Of a stretch of DNA of 58,432 nt, positions 9,756-20,144 are shown one piece after another. This stretch comes from an uncultured Bacilli bacterium (GTDB lineage: Bacteria > Bacillota_I > Bacilli_A > RF39 > UBA660): contig CALVRZ010000002.1 of the NCBI GenBank assembly GCA_944358875.1, positions 1 to 58,432 on the forward strand, in the 5' to 3' direction. Each line of letters starts with the position of its first letter. Positions within the stretch are counted from its first letter, which is position 1. Position numbers and translations under genes: made by a program. Under the pieces are notes generated by a model, which had not been told where the DNA came from, did not search any database, and worked only from the letters and a program-made list of their open reading frames with translations.

Positions 9756-10997
9756 ATGAGTGCAATTAATGTAACTAGTGAAATTAAACCATTAAAGGAG
9801 GTGTTAGTTCATCGTCCTGGTAAAGAATTATTAAATTTGACGCCAACAACTTTACATGAATTATTGTTTGATGATATTCCTTATTTAAAGGTAGCACAAG
9901 CAGAACATGATGAGTTTGTACAAATTTTAAGGGATAATGGGGTTAAAGTTTATTATCTAGAAGATTTAATGGCAGAAACATTGGATTTTAATCCAGAAAT
10001 TAAGAAAAAATTCTTAAAACAATTTATTAAAGAAGCAGGTGTTAATACTCCTAAGTATCGTGATTTAGTTTTTGATTATTTGATGAGTATTGAAGATAAT
10101 AAAGAATTTGTTTTAAAGACAATGGAAGGTGTTCAAATATATGAACTTGATCGTGATAAGAGAGTTATGGAGAAATCACTTGTTGATTTGGTAACAGAAG
10201 ATACTTCTTTTATTGTTGATCCAATGCCTAACTTGTATTTTACGAGAGATCCTTTTGCAAGTGTAGGATCAGGTGTGGTACTTAATAAAATGTATTCAGT
10301 AACGAGAAGTAGAGAAACAATTTATGCCGAGTATATTTTTAATTATCATCCTCGATTTAAAGATGAGGTTGAAATGTTTTATGACCGCTACCAAGAATGT
10401 CATATTGAAGGTGGTGATGTGCTTAACTTAAACGATCATGTTATTGCCGTTGGTATTTCGCAAAGAACAGAAGCTGGGGCAATTGATAAGTTAGCTAAGA
10501 ACATGTTTAAAAATCCTAATTGTAAAATTGATACAATATTAGCTTTTAATATTCCTGAATCAAGAGCTTTCATGCATTTGGATACAGTATTTACGCAAAT
10601 TGATGTTGATAAGTTTACATATCATCCTGGTATTATGGAAACTTTACAAGTATTTGAAATTACTGAAGGGGATGATCCTAATAGTGATGAGGATTTAAAT
10701 GTTAAAGAAATTAATGATTCACTTGAAAATATTTTAAGTAATTATTTAGGTGTTAAGGTAACAATTATTCCTTGTGCGGGAGGAGATGCAATTGCTTCTG
10801 AACGTGAACAATGGAATGATGGTACTAATACTTTATGTATTGCTCCTGGTACAGTTGTTGTTTATAATCGTAATAATATCACTAATGAAATCTTAAGAGA
10901 GCATGGTATTAGAGTTATTGAAATGAATAGTGCTGAATTATCACGTGGTCGTGGTGGTCCAAGATGTATGAGTATGCCTTTAATAAGAGAAGACTAG
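9756..10997 (+). CDS. arcA: Arginine deiminase
   Basis: It has the N-terminal [14 protein letters not shown] motif and the C-terminal catalytic [18 protein letters not shown] precedes the ATG at 9756. Confidence 0.92.
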   Translation: MSAINVTSEIKPLKEVLVHRPGKELLNLTPTTLHELLFDDIPYLKVAQAEHDEFVQILRDNGVKVYYLEDLMAETLDFNPEIKKKFLKQFIKEAGVNTPKYRDLVFDYLMSIEDNKEFVLKTMEGVQIYELDRDKRVMEKSLVDLVTEDTSFIVDPMPNLYFTRDPFASVGSGVVLNKMYSVTRSRETIYAEYIFNYHPRFKDEVEMFYDRYQECHIEGGDVLNLNDHVIAVGISQRTEAGAIDKLAKNMFKNPNCKIDTILAFNIPESRAFMHLDTVFTQIDVDKFTYHPGIMETLQVFEITEGDDPNSDEDLNVKEINDSLENILSNYLGVKVTIIPCAGGDAIASEREQWNDGTNTLCIAPGTVVVYNRNNITNEILREHGIRVIEMNSAELSRGRGGPRCMSMPLIRED

Positions 10998-11008
10998 GAG
11001 GAATAAAT

Positions 11009-12010
11009 ATGGTTAATTTAAGTGGCAGAAATTTTTTGAAATTATTAGATTATTCGGAAAAGGAAATTAGATATTTGCTTGATTTAGCTAAAGATTTTAA
11101 AAAAAAGAAGCATGATGGAGTAGAGCATCGTTATTTAGCTGGTAAGAATATTGTCTTACTATTTGAAAAAACTTCAACGAGAACAAGATGTGCTTTTGAA
11201 GTCGCTGGTCGTGATTTAGGTATGGGGGTTACTTACTTAGATCCAGGAAGTTCACAGATGGGTAAAAAAGAGAGTATCGAAGATACGGCTAAAGTATTAG
11301 GTAGAATGTACGATGGTATTGAATATCGTGGTTTTGGACAAGATATTGTCGAAGATTTGGCTAAAAATGCTGGTGTTCCTGTTTGGAATGGTCTTACCAA
11401 TGAATTTCATCCAACCCAGATGCTTGCGGATTTAATGACGGTCGAAGAGAATTTTGGCTATCTTAAAGGTATTAATTTTGTTTTCATGGGTGATGGAAGA
11501 AATAATGTGGGTAATTCTTTGATGGTTGCTTGTGCTAAAATGGGTGTTAATTTTACTTGTGTTGGTCCTAAAGATTTATGGCCCAAACAAGAACTTATTG
11601 ATACTTGTAGGGAAATTGCTAAAGAAAGTGGTTCGAAGCTTAATTTTACGACGGATGTTAAAGAAGGAACAATGGGTGCTCATGTTATTTACACAGATGT
11701 GTGGGTTTCGATGGGAGAACCTGATAGTGTATGGGAAGCACGAATTAATTTGTTAAAGGATTATCAAGTTAATGAAGAAGTTATGCGTAATGCTAATGAT
11801 GATGCAATATTTTTACATTGTTTACCATCTTTTCATGATTTGAAGACAGAGATTGGTAAGAATATTTACGATAAGTTTGGTCTTAAGGAAATGGAAGTAT
11901 GTGATAGTGTCTTTGCATCAGATAAGTCTAAAGTATTTGATCAAGCGGAAAATAGAATGCATACAATAAAGGCTGTTATGTATGCTACTTTAAAGGATAA
12001 AGATGAGTAA
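11009..12010 (+). CDS. arcB: Ornithine carbamoyltransferase (catabolic context)
   Basis: It carries the STRTR, HPTQ and HCLP motifs and sits within the arc gene order. Confidence 0.92.
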   Translation: MVNLSGRNFLKLLDYSEKEIRYLLDLAKDFKKKKHDGVEHRYLAGKNIVLLFEKTSTRTRCAFEVAGRDLGMGVTYLDPGSSQMGKKESIEDTAKVLGRMYDGIEYRGFGQDIVEDLAKNAGVPVWNGLTNEFHPTQMLADLMTVEENFGYLKGINFVFMGDGRNNVGNSLMVACAKMGVNFTCVGPKDLWPKQELIDTCREIAKESGSKLNFTTDVKEGTMGAHVIYTDVWVSMGEPDSVWEARINLLKDYQVNEEVMRNANDDAIFLHCLPSFHDLKTEIGKNIYDKFGLKEMEVCDSVFASDKSKVFDQAENRMHTIKAVMYATLKDKDE

Positions 12011-12950
12011 GATCGTTGTTGCATTAGGAGGTAATGCTCTTGGTACGACACCTTCTGAACAAATGGATTTATTAGAAAAAACAGCCAAAATTTTAGTAAA
12101 GTTAATTAGTGATGGCCACAAAATTGTTTTGACACATGGTAATGGTCCTCAGATTGGTCAGATTTTTGTGGCAATGGAATATTCAGCGAATGGAGAAGTT
12201 AAAACACCTCTCATGCCATTTGCGGAATGTGGAAGTATGAGTCAAGGTTATATTGGTTACCAATTACAACAAGCTTTACAGGATGAATTAGAAAGACAGC
12301 ATATTGTTAAGAATTGTGTAACAATTATAACACAGGTCTTAGTTGATCCAAATGATAAGGCATTTCAAAATCCGACTAAGCCAATTGGAATGTTTTATAG
12401 CAAAGAGGAGGCCTCTAAAATTAGTGAAGAGAAAGGCTACCAATTTGTCATGGATGCAGGCCGTGGGTATCGGCGAGTTGTACCGTCACCGATGCCAATA
12501 GATATTATTGAAAAAAGCGTTATTGAACAACTAGTGGATAGTGGTACGATAGTTATTGCCGTTGGAGGTGGTGGGATCCCGGTTATTAAGACAGATCATA
12601 TTGAATTACTTGAGGGTGTTGAAGCTGTTATTGATAAGGACCGTTCAAGTGCTTTATTAGCTAAGGAAATTAATGCTGATATGTTGCTTATTTTGACGGC
12701 AATCGATAAGGTCTATATTAATTTTAATACGGATAACCAAGAAGCACTCGATGAATTAACGGTCGAAGAAGCTTTAGAGTATATTAGTAAAGGTGAATTT
12801 GCTAAAGGTAGTATGTTACCTAAAGTTGAAGCTTGTGTTGATTTTGTTAAGAGTGATCCATCTAAATTAGCAATAATTACATCACTAGAAGAGGCAGGAG
12901 ACGCTTTAAAAGGAAATGTAGGTACAAGAATAAGAGGAGGTAAAAAATAA
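12003..12950 (+). CDS. arcC: Carbamate kinase
   Basis: It has the motifs ALGGNAL and HGNGPQIG and sits in the arc operon. Confidence 0.9.
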   Translation: MSKIVVALGGNALGTTPSEQMDLLEKTAKILVKLISDGHKIVLTHGNGPQIGQIFVAMEYSANGEVKTPLMPFAECGSMSQGYIGYQLQQALQDELERQHIVKNCVTIITQVLVDPNDKAFQNPTKPIGMFYSKEEASKISEEKGYQFVMDAGRGYRRVVPSPMPIDIIEKSVIEQLVDSGTIVIAVGGGGIPVIKTDHIELLEGVEAVIDKDRSSALLAKEINADMLLILTAIDKVYINFNTDNQEALDELTVEEALEYISKGEFAKGSMLPKVEACVDFVKSDPSKLAIITSLEEAGDALKGNVGTRIRGGKK

Positions 12951-14401
12951 TGGCAAGAAAAAAGAAAAAGTCAGGATTTATGTTGTCTGCTTTTTCGATT
13001 ATTCTAATTCTGATTTTCGGACTTGGAATTTTATCACATCTTTTGCCTAATGCACAATTTAATGGTGAGGAGATTATTAATGGTACTGGTACAGTAGGTG
13101 CTAGTTTATCAGATATTTTGATGTCACCAATCTTAGGGTTTGAGTCGGCAATTGATGTATGTGTATTTGTTATGATATTAGGAGGATTTTTGGCAGTTAT
13201 CAATAAAACAGGTGCACTTGAAACAGGAATTAAGGTTTTGGTACAAAAACTAAAGGGAAGAGAACTTGTATTAATTCCAATTTTGATGTTTATTTTCTCA
13301 GTAGGTGGTACAACTTATGGAATGCTCGAAGAGACAGTTGGTTTTTATGTTTTACTAGCAGCGACAATGGTTGTTGCGGGTATGGATCCTTTAGTAGGAT
13401 CGGCGATTGTTTTACTAGGAGCAGGTTCTGGTGTTTTGGGATCAACAATTAATCCATTCGCGGTAGGAGCAGCAGTTAGTGCTTTACCTGAAGGTGTTCA
13501 AGTAAATCAGGGACTTATTATATTGATTGGTGTCTTCTTATGGCTTACAACTTTGCTTATTTCAATTATGTTTGTTCTTAGTTATGCAAGAAAAGTTAAA
13601 AAAGATAAGGGTTCTACTTTCTTATCTTTAAGAGAACAGAAAAAAGCGGAAAAGAAATTTGGTACACCTGAAGATTATAAGGAACAAAAGGAAGTTAGTT
13701 TGAATGGTAAACAAAAAGTAACACTTGTTTTGTTTGGTATTACTTTCTTGGTTATGATAGTCGGCTTTATTCCTTGGGGTGAATTTGGAATTAATTTCTT
13801 TGATGGCTTTACTGGTTGGTTAACAGGGTCAAGTCTTGGTAGTTGGTATTTCTATGAAGCTGCTTTATGGTTCTTAATTATGGCAATTGTTATTGCTATT
13901 GTTAACCGTATGGGTGAGAAAGATATCGTCGATACATTTGTTGATGGTGCTGATGATATGGTTGGTGTTATTTTGATTATTGCTATTGCTAGAGGTGCTA
14001 GTGTGCTTATGTCAGTAACATATTTAGATAATTATATTATTTATAATGCCGCTAATTTCCTTGCTGATATGCCTGAGTTAGCCTTTACACCACTTAATTA
14101 TTTACTTCATGTTATTTTATCAGTATTAGTTCCATCTTCATCTGGTTTAATGACTTTATCAGCACCTATTATAGGGCCTTTAGCTAATCAATTAGGTTAT
14201 AGTGTCGAAGTAGCAATTATGACTTTAGTGTCTTCAAATGGTTTAGTTAACTTAATTACTCCTACTTGTGGTGCTATTATGGGTGGACTTGCTTTGGCTA
14301 AAGTTGAATATGCAACTTGGTTTAGATGGGCAATCAAAATTGTCTTGACAATTGCTTTAGCTAACATCTTAGTACTTTCATTATTTACATTGATATTTTA
14401 A
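12950..14401 (+). CDS. YfcC/DcuC-like anaerobic carrier family membrane transporter, putative arginine/ornithine antiporter
   Basis: It is a polytopic membrane protein of about 480 aa placed directly after arcC. The substrate assignment comes from context only. Confidence 0.7.
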   Translation: MARKKKKSGFMLSAFSIILILIFGLGILSHLLPNAQFNGEEIINGTGTVGASLSDILMSPILGFESAIDVCVFVMILGGFLAVINKTGALETGIKVLVQKLKGRELVLIPILMFIFSVGGTTYGMLEETVGFYVLLAATMVVAGMDPLVGSAIVLLGAGSGVLGSTINPFAVGAAVSALPEGVQVNQGLIILIGVFLWLTTLLISIMFVLSYARKVKKDKGSTFLSLREQKKAEKKFGTPEDYKEQKEVSLNGKQKVTLVLFGITFLVMIVGFIPWGEFGINFFDGFTGWLTGSSLGSWYFYEAALWFLIMAIVIAIVNRMGEKDIVDTFVDGADDMVGVILIIAIARGASVLMSVTYLDNYIIYNAANFLADMPELAFTPLNYLLHVILSVLVPSSSGLMTLSAPIIGPLANQLGYSVEVAIMTLVSSNGLVNLITPTCGAIMGGLALAKVEYATWFRWAIKIVLTIALANILVLSLFTLIF

Positions 14402-14563
14402 ATTTAAATTTTAAACTATTAGCAAAATACTGTTTGTTAATAGTTTTTTTTGTTGCTATGGAATTTTTTTTTGATATAATTTTGGTATGAATATGGTATA
14501 TAAAATTAAGAGATGTAGATAATATAATTAGTTTTATAATTATATGTTTTGGAGGTGCTTTTT

Positions 14564-17212
14564 TTGCAAGAGAGATGGTACTCATATGATAAAGATAAAT
14601 TATATAAAAAATTAGATGTTAATGATAAAGGACTTACGGATAAACAAGTAGAAGAACTTTTAAAAAGAGATGGGTATAATGAATTACCTAGTAAGAAAAG
14701 TGAGAGTATTATTGTTAAGTTTTTTAAACAGCTTTTAAATCCGATTGAAATTCTTTTAGTTATAACTATTATTTTATCTTTAGTTATTGGTGAAATAATT
14801 GATGCAGTAGCAATTATTTTTATTGTTTTAGTGGATTTAGTATTGGGAGTAATTCAGGAATATAAAGCTGAAAAAAGTGCTTTAGCTTTACAGAAAATGA
14901 TTATCGATAAAGTTAAAGTTTGGCGTAACAATGAACAAATAGAAATTCCTTCTAGAAATTTGGTTGTGGGTGATATTATCTTTTTAGAGTCTGGTGATCA
15001 AGTTAATGCTGATGCTAGATTAATCAATTGTGATAATTTACAGGTTAATGAAGCGGTACTTACGGGAGAAAGTTATAATGAATATAAAAATACTGATATT
15101 ATTTTGAAAGAGGTAACATTAGCTGCCGATGTTAAAAATATGGTTTATGCGGGCACTACTGTTATGTCAGGTAGAGGTAAGGCAATCGTGGTTGCAACAG
15201 GTTTAAAGACAGAAATTGGAAAGATTGCTGATTCTGTTAATAGTAAAAAAGATACGAAGACACCACTTACGATTAGGGTTGAAAAGTTTTCAAAACAAAT
15301 TAGTTTGGTTGTTGTAATTGTTGCCTTTATCGTTGCTTTTATTTTAATGTTTAAAAATGTCAGTGGTGATGAAATATTTTTATCAGTCGTAGCTTTGTCA
15401 GTTTCGGCAATGCCGGAAGGATTACCACTTGCTTTGACGTTAGCACTTACGGTTGCTTCTTCTAAAATGGCTAAACAAAATGTTATTGTTAAGAAATTAA
15501 ATGCGGTTGAAACATTAGGTAGTTGTACAGTTATTGCAACGGATAAGACGGGAACTTTGACGGTTAATGAACAGACGGCTAAGAAAGTGATATTACCTGA
15601 TGGGGCTTTATATGATATTGAAGGAACAGGATATAATGATGATGGAGAAATAAAGACAAATGATGATATTGACAGGTTAAAGTTTATTAGTAAATTAGGA
15701 ATTATTAATAATGAGGCAACATTAGAAAAAAATGGTCATGATTTTAAAGCCTTAGGGGATTCAATCGATATTGCTTTTCTAGCTTTAGGATTGAAAGCAA
15801 AAGTTAATAAAGATGATATGAAGGTAATTAAGCAAATTCCTTATGAATCAGAGAATAAGTTTTCGGCTGTCTTTTATGAAATTGATAGTAAAACTTATTG
15901 TACCGTAAAAGGTTCTTTAGAAGTTATTATGAACTATTCTAAATATATGGATAAAAAGGGTAAAAAGAGTAAAATAGATACTGATATATTATTAAAACAA
16001 AATGATGAGTTAGCACAAAGTGGTTATAGAGTAATTGCTCTTGCTAATGGTGTCATGGAAAAGAAAGATAATTATGATATTTCGGATATTAAAGATTTAA
16101 CTTTTATGGGAATGGTAGCCTTTATTGATCCAATTCGTAAAGAAGTTAAACAATCTATTTCAGAATGTCGGGATGCTGGTATTAAAGTTATTATGATTAC
16201 GGGTGATCATCCTTTGACAGGTTATGCTATTGCTCACGATTTAGGTTTAGTAAGTAGTTATAATGAAGTAGCTACTGGTGTTGATGTTAGTGAATATTTA
16301 GCTAAAGGACAAAAGAAGTTTGATGATTTTATTAGAAATAAACGGGTTTTTACTAGAGTGACACCACTTGATAAATTAGAAATTGTTGAATCTTTGAAAA
16401 GACAAGGAGAATTTGTCGCGGTTACGGGTGATGGTGTCAATGATGCACCAGCGATAAAGAGTGCTAATATTGGTGTTGCGATGGGAAGTGGTACGGATGT
16501 TAGTAAAGAAACAGCTTCCATGATTGTTACTGATGATAATTTTAAATCAATTGTCGTCGGTGTCAAAGAAGGAAGAACAGCTTATAGTAATATTAGAAAA
16601 GTAGCTTATATGCTTTTATCTTGTGGTATTGCTGAAGTATTATTCTTTATTTTATCAATTATTTTAGATTTACCAATGCCTTTAGTAGCAGTTCAATTAT
16701 TATGGTTAAATATTGTAACTGATGGTTTACAAGATTTTGCTTTATCTTTTGAGAAGACAGAAAAAAATATTATGAAAGAAAAGCCTAAAGATCCGAAAGA
16801 AGCAATATTTAATAAAAGTTTATTTACAGAAGTTATTATCGCGGGTTTAACGATGGGAATAATAGTATTTATAGTATGGTTCTTCTTAATAGATGTAATG
16901 AAGATGGATGTTGGTTTAGCAAGAGGCTATATTATGGTCCTTATGGTCTTTATGCAAAACGTTCATGTTCTTAATTGTAAGAGTGAAACACAATCAATCT
17001 TTAAAATGAAATTAAGGGAAAATCCTTTAATATTAGTTAGTATTGTCAGTGCAATTGTATTACAAATTATAATTATGGAAGTACCTTTCCTTAGTAGTTT
17101 ACTTCAAACATCAACAGTTCCTATCATGGATATGGTTATTCTCTTTATAATTGCTAGTATTGTTTTATTTGTTATGGAAACTTATAAAATGATTAAATAT
17201 AGGAAAAGTTAG
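14564..17212 (+). CDS. P-type cation-transporting ATPase (Ca2+/P2-type like)
   Basis: It has the phosphorylation site DKTGTLT, the hinge TGDGVNDAPA, and TGES. A TTG start 6 nt after GGAGGTG is likely. Confidence 0.9.
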   Translation: MQERWYSYDKDKLYKKLDVNDKGLTDKQVEELLKRDGYNELPSKKSESIIVKFFKQLLNPIEILLVITIILSLVIGEIIDAVAIIFIVLVDLVLGVIQEYKAEKSALALQKMIIDKVKVWRNNEQIEIPSRNLVVGDIIFLESGDQVNADARLINCDNLQVNEAVLTGESYNEYKNTDIILKEVTLAADVKNMVYAGTTVMSGRGKAIVVATGLKTEIGKIADSVNSKKDTKTPLTIRVEKFSKQISLVVVIVAFIVAFILMFKNVSGDEIFLSVVALSVSAMPEGLPLALTLALTVASSKMAKQNVIVKKLNAVETLGSCTVIATDKTGTLTVNEQTAKKVILPDGALYDIEGTGYNDDGEIKTNDDIDRLKFISKLGIINNEATLEKNGHDFKALGDSIDIAFLALGLKAKVNKDDMKVIKQIPYESENKFSAVFYEIDSKTYCTVKGSLEVIMNYSKYMDKKGKKSKIDTDILLKQNDELAQSGYRVIALANGVMEKKDNYDISDIKDLTFMGMVAFIDPIRKEVKQSISECRDAGIKVIMITGDHPLTGYAIAHDLGLVSSYNEVATGVDVSEYLAKGQKKFDDFIRNKRVFTRVTPLDKLEIVESLKRQGEFVAVTGDGVNDAPAIKSANIGVAMGSGTDVSKETASMIVTDDNFKSIVVGVKEGRTAYSNIRKVAYMLLSCGIAEVLFFILSIILDLPMPLVAVQLLWLNIVTDGLQDFALSFEKTEKNIMKEKPKDPKEAIFNKSLFTEVIIAGLTMGIIVFIVWFFLIDVMKMDVGLARGYIMVLMVFMQNVHVLNCKSETQSIFKMKLRENPLILVSIVSAIVLQIIIMEVPFLSSLLQTSTVPIMDMVILFIIASIVLFVMETYKMIKYRKS

Positions 17213-17292
17213 AATGTTTTAGTTTAAGTTCTACATGATTTAATGAAAATAATGGTCTTGTCAAAGTAGCTATTTTATGATATGATGTATAT

Positions 17293-17402
17293 GTCAAGGA
17301 AACTTGAATACAATAAAAAAGGAACACTTAATTTCGCATGCCTAAGTGTTGCCAAAATAATTTGGTTACCACCTAATTCATGGATGAGTTAGGTGGATTT
17401 TC
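17293..17402 (+). ncRNA. Candidate ~110-nt sRNA, copy 1 (orphan antitoxin-like)
   Basis: The promoter is TTGTCA (17258-63), a 17-nt spacer, then TATGAT (17281-86). A terminator hairpin CCACCTAATTCA/TGAgTTAGGTGG and a T-run follow. It is about 90% identical to copy 2. Confidence 0.5.
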
Positions 17403-17572
17403 ATTATATCAGTACTATTAAGAGGAGTACTAATAAAAAATCTTTAGAAGATTATATAATAAAATATATTGCAAAACAGGTGAACAGTACTAGTTTTTCT
17501 ATAAAAAATTTAGTCAAATATATTGTTGAAAAGGTACTTGTCAAAATGGGATAAATATGATATGATGTATAT

Positions 17573-17682
17573 GTCAAGGAAACTTGCATACAATAAAAAA
17601 GGAACACTTAATTTCGCATGTTGAGTGTCGCCAAAAAATTTAGCACCACCTAATTCATGAGATGAGTTAGGTGGCTTTTATT
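17573..17682 (+). ncRNA. Candidate ~110-nt antisense sRNA, copy 2, convergent with a small hydrophobic-peptide ORF
   Basis: The promoter is TTGTCA (17538-43), a 17-nt spacer, then TATGAT (17561-66). The hairpin at 17647-17675 is followed by CTTTTATTT. Its 3' end abuts the stop codon of the minus-strand ORF. Confidence 0.5.
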
Positions 17683-17765
17683 TATATTAGTACTATTAAG
17701 AGGAGTACTAATAAAAAGAATATTATTATAAGAAGATAAAATATTAAAAAATCTTTCTTACTCAT
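17682..17765 (-). CDS. 27-aa hydrophobic peptide MSKKDFLIFYLLIIIFFLLVLLLIVLI, type I toxin-like
   Basis: A strong SD (GAAGGGAGGG) lies 7 nt upstream of the ATG in an otherwise AT-rich spacer. The minus-strand promoter is TTGTTT, a 17-nt spacer, then TATAAT (about 17840-17868). It shares a bidirectional terminator hairpin with the plus-strand sRNA. Confidence 0.5.
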   Translation of the reverse strand: MSKKDFLIFYLLIIIFFLLVLLLIVLI

Positions 17766-17959
17766 AATACCGCCCTCCCTTCATTAAATAAATTAATAAA
17801 GTAAGGCTCCACCCAACAATTAAATGTTCCTAAGAAGATTATATAATAAAATATATTGTAAAACAAGCGAACAGTTGGAATTTATCTTTAATTTTGTTCT
17901 TTTTAGACTAGTTATTATTATTAAGATATGATAAAATGGGTATAGAAAGTGGTGACATT

Positions 17960-20056
17960 ATGGATTTACAAACATTAAATAATTCACAGTTAGATGCTGT
18001 TAAGCATATAGATGGACCAATGCTCGTTTTAGCAGGAGCTGGTTCAGGAAAGACGAAAGTACTTACTAATAGAATTGCTTATTTAATTGAAAATGGGGTT
18101 AGTCCGGCTTCTATTTTAGCTATTACTTTTACGAATAAAGCTGCTAAAGAAATGAAAGATAGAGTATTTAATTTAATAGGTAATGATGCATATCATATTC
18201 AAATATCAACATTTCACTCTTTAGGACTTAAAATACTTAAAGATAATTATCAATTACTGGGATACGATAAGAATTTTATTATTTTAGATAGTGATGATAC
18301 TTTAACTGTCGTTAAGAAAATTATGAAAGAACATAATATGAGTCCACAGTACTATAATGCTAGAAATATTAGAAATAAGATTAGTAGTGCTAAAAATGAA
18401 CTTATGAGTCCAAGTGATTTTGCTAGATTAGAATTTGATAAACAGATAGTTATGGTTTATGAAGAATATAATAAGATATTAAAAAGAGGTAATTCGGTTG
18501 ATTTTGATGATTTACTTTTATTACCTATTAAATTATTTAATACTTATCCTGAAGTATTAAATAATTATCAAGAAAGATATAAATATGTTTTAATTGATGA
18601 ATATCAGGATACAAATGAAGCTCAATATAAATTTTCTAAGATGTTATGTAAGAAATATCGAAATATCTTTGTTGTAGGAGATAATGATCAAGCTATTTAT
18701 GCTTTTAGAGGGGCTAATTATAAGAATATTCTTAATTTTGAGAAAGATTATCCTGATTGTAAAGTAGTTATGTTAGAAGAGAATTATCGTTCGACTAAGA
18801 TGATATTAAATGCGGCGAATAGTGTTATTAAACATAATAAACTTAGAAAAGATAAGAATTTATGGAGTAATAATGAAGAGGGTAGTAAGATTAAATATGT
18901 TACTTTAGATAATGAGAAAGAAGAAAGTACTTATGTAGCTAGTCATATTAAAGAATTAGTTAATGATGGATGTAAGTATGAAGATATAGCTATATTATAT
19001 CGAACTAATGCTCAGTCCAGAGTTATTGAAGAAGAAATGTTAAAAGCAAATATTCCTTATAAGATTATTGGTAGTTTTTACTTCTATAATAGAAAAGAAA
19101 TTAAAGATTTACTTTGTTATTTAAGACTTATTAATAGTGATAAAGATGATGTTAGTTTACTTAGAGTAATTAATACCCCTAAAAGAGGTATTGGGGCTAA
19201 AACAATTGATAATTTAACAGATAAAGCTAATAGTGATCAATGTTCATTATTTGAAGCTATTAGTGATGGTAAGGAACTTAAGTTTAAAGAAAGTATTTTA
19301 AAGATGAGAGAGAAAGCTGAGAATATGTCTTTAACAGAAATGGTCGATATGGTACTTGATGAAAGTGGTTTAAAAGCAGCATTAGAAGCTGAAAAGACAT
19401 TAGATAGTGAAATTAGATTAGAAAACTTAAATGAATTTAAGTCTATTACTAAGAACTATGAAGATGAATATGGAGTTATTTCTTTAGATGATTTTTTAAA
19501 TGAAATATCTTTAGTTAGTGATGTATCAGAACATCAAGATGGTAATAATAAGGTTAGTTTAATGACAATTCATGCAGTTAAAGGATTAGAATTTGATAAT
19601 GTCTTTGTAATTGGTATGGAAGAAGGTATATTTCCTCATTATAATGCTTTAAATGAAGGAACAAGTAATGCAATTGAAGAAGAGAGAAGATTATGTTATG
19701 TAGCTATTACAAGAGCTAAAAAGAATTTATGGTTATTAAATGCCAAAAGAAGAATGTTATTTGGTAATGTTCAGATGAATCCTCCTAGTAGATTTATGGA
19801 AGAGATCGATGAAAAATATTTAGATGTAGAAAAGAAGACGACTAGTATTATTGATAGAACAAAGAAATTTGTTAAAGAAAATATGCTTAATAATGTCGAT
19901 GTTGATTTTGAAGTAGGAGAAATTATTAAACATACAGAATATGGGGAAGGAGTAGTAGTAGCAGTAGATAAATCTATTATAACCGTTGCTTTTCCTTATC
20001 CTTATGGTACTAAGAAATTAATGAAGAATCATAAGAGTATTTCTAAGATTAGTTAA
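17960..20056 (+). CDS. pcrA: ATP-dependent DNA helicase PcrA/UvrD family
   Basis: It has AGAGSGKT, LIDEYQDTN and NYRS motifs and a C-terminal Tudor-like tail. Confidence 0.92.
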   Translation: MDLQTLNNSQLDAVKHIDGPMLVLAGAGSGKTKVLTNRIAYLIENGVSPASILAITFTNKAAKEMKDRVFNLIGNDAYHIQISTFHSLGLKILKDNYQLLGYDKNFIILDSDDTLTVVKKIMKEHNMSPQYYNARNIRNKISSAKNELMSPSDFARLEFDKQIVMVYEEYNKILKRGNSVDFDDLLLLPIKLFNTYPEVLNNYQERYKYVLIDEYQDTNEAQYKFSKMLCKKYRNIFVVGDNDQAIYAFRGANYKNILNFEKDYPDCKVVMLEENYRSTKMILNAANSVIKHNKLRKDKNLWSNNEEGSKIKYVTLDNEKEESTYVASHIKELVNDGCKYEDIAILYRTNAQSRVIEEEMLKANIPYKIIGSFYFYNRKEIKDLLCYLRLINSDKDDVSLLRVINTPKRGIGAKTIDNLTDKANSDQCSLFEAISDGKELKFKESILKMREKAENMSLTEMVDMVLDESGLKAALEAEKTLDSEIRLENLNEFKSITKNYEDEYGVISLDDFLNEISLVSDVSEHQDGNNKVSLMTIHAVKGLEFDNVFVIGMEEGIFPHYNALNEGTSNAIEEERRLCYVAITRAKKNLWLLNAKRRMLFGNVQMNPPSRFMEEIDEKYLDVEKKTTSIIDRTKKFVKENMLNNVDVDFEVGEIIKHTEYGEGVVVAVDKSIITVAFPYPYGTKKLMKNHKSISKIS

Positions 20057-20144
20057 ATAAAAAATCGAAATTCCCGATTTTTTATTGCATTACTAATTTA
20101 TTTTTGTTATAATTAGTATAGAAAATAGAGAGAGGGAAAAAGAA

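Noticed and set aside
17281-17388. A 35-codon ORF (MMYMSRKLEYNKKGTLNFACLSVAKIIWLPPNSWMS) readable in sRNA copy 1.
   Set aside because: It has no Shine-Dalgarno sequence, and the -10 box overlaps the ATG. The equivalent frame in copy 2 stops after 21 codons (TGA at 17621-17623). Conservation fits RNA structure rather than coding.
17257-17716. The tandem repeats in the ATPase/pcrA spacer were considered as a CRISPR array.
   Set aside because: There are only two ~280-bp units. There is no short repeat/spacer periodicity and there are no cas genes. Each unit has promoter and terminator features instead.
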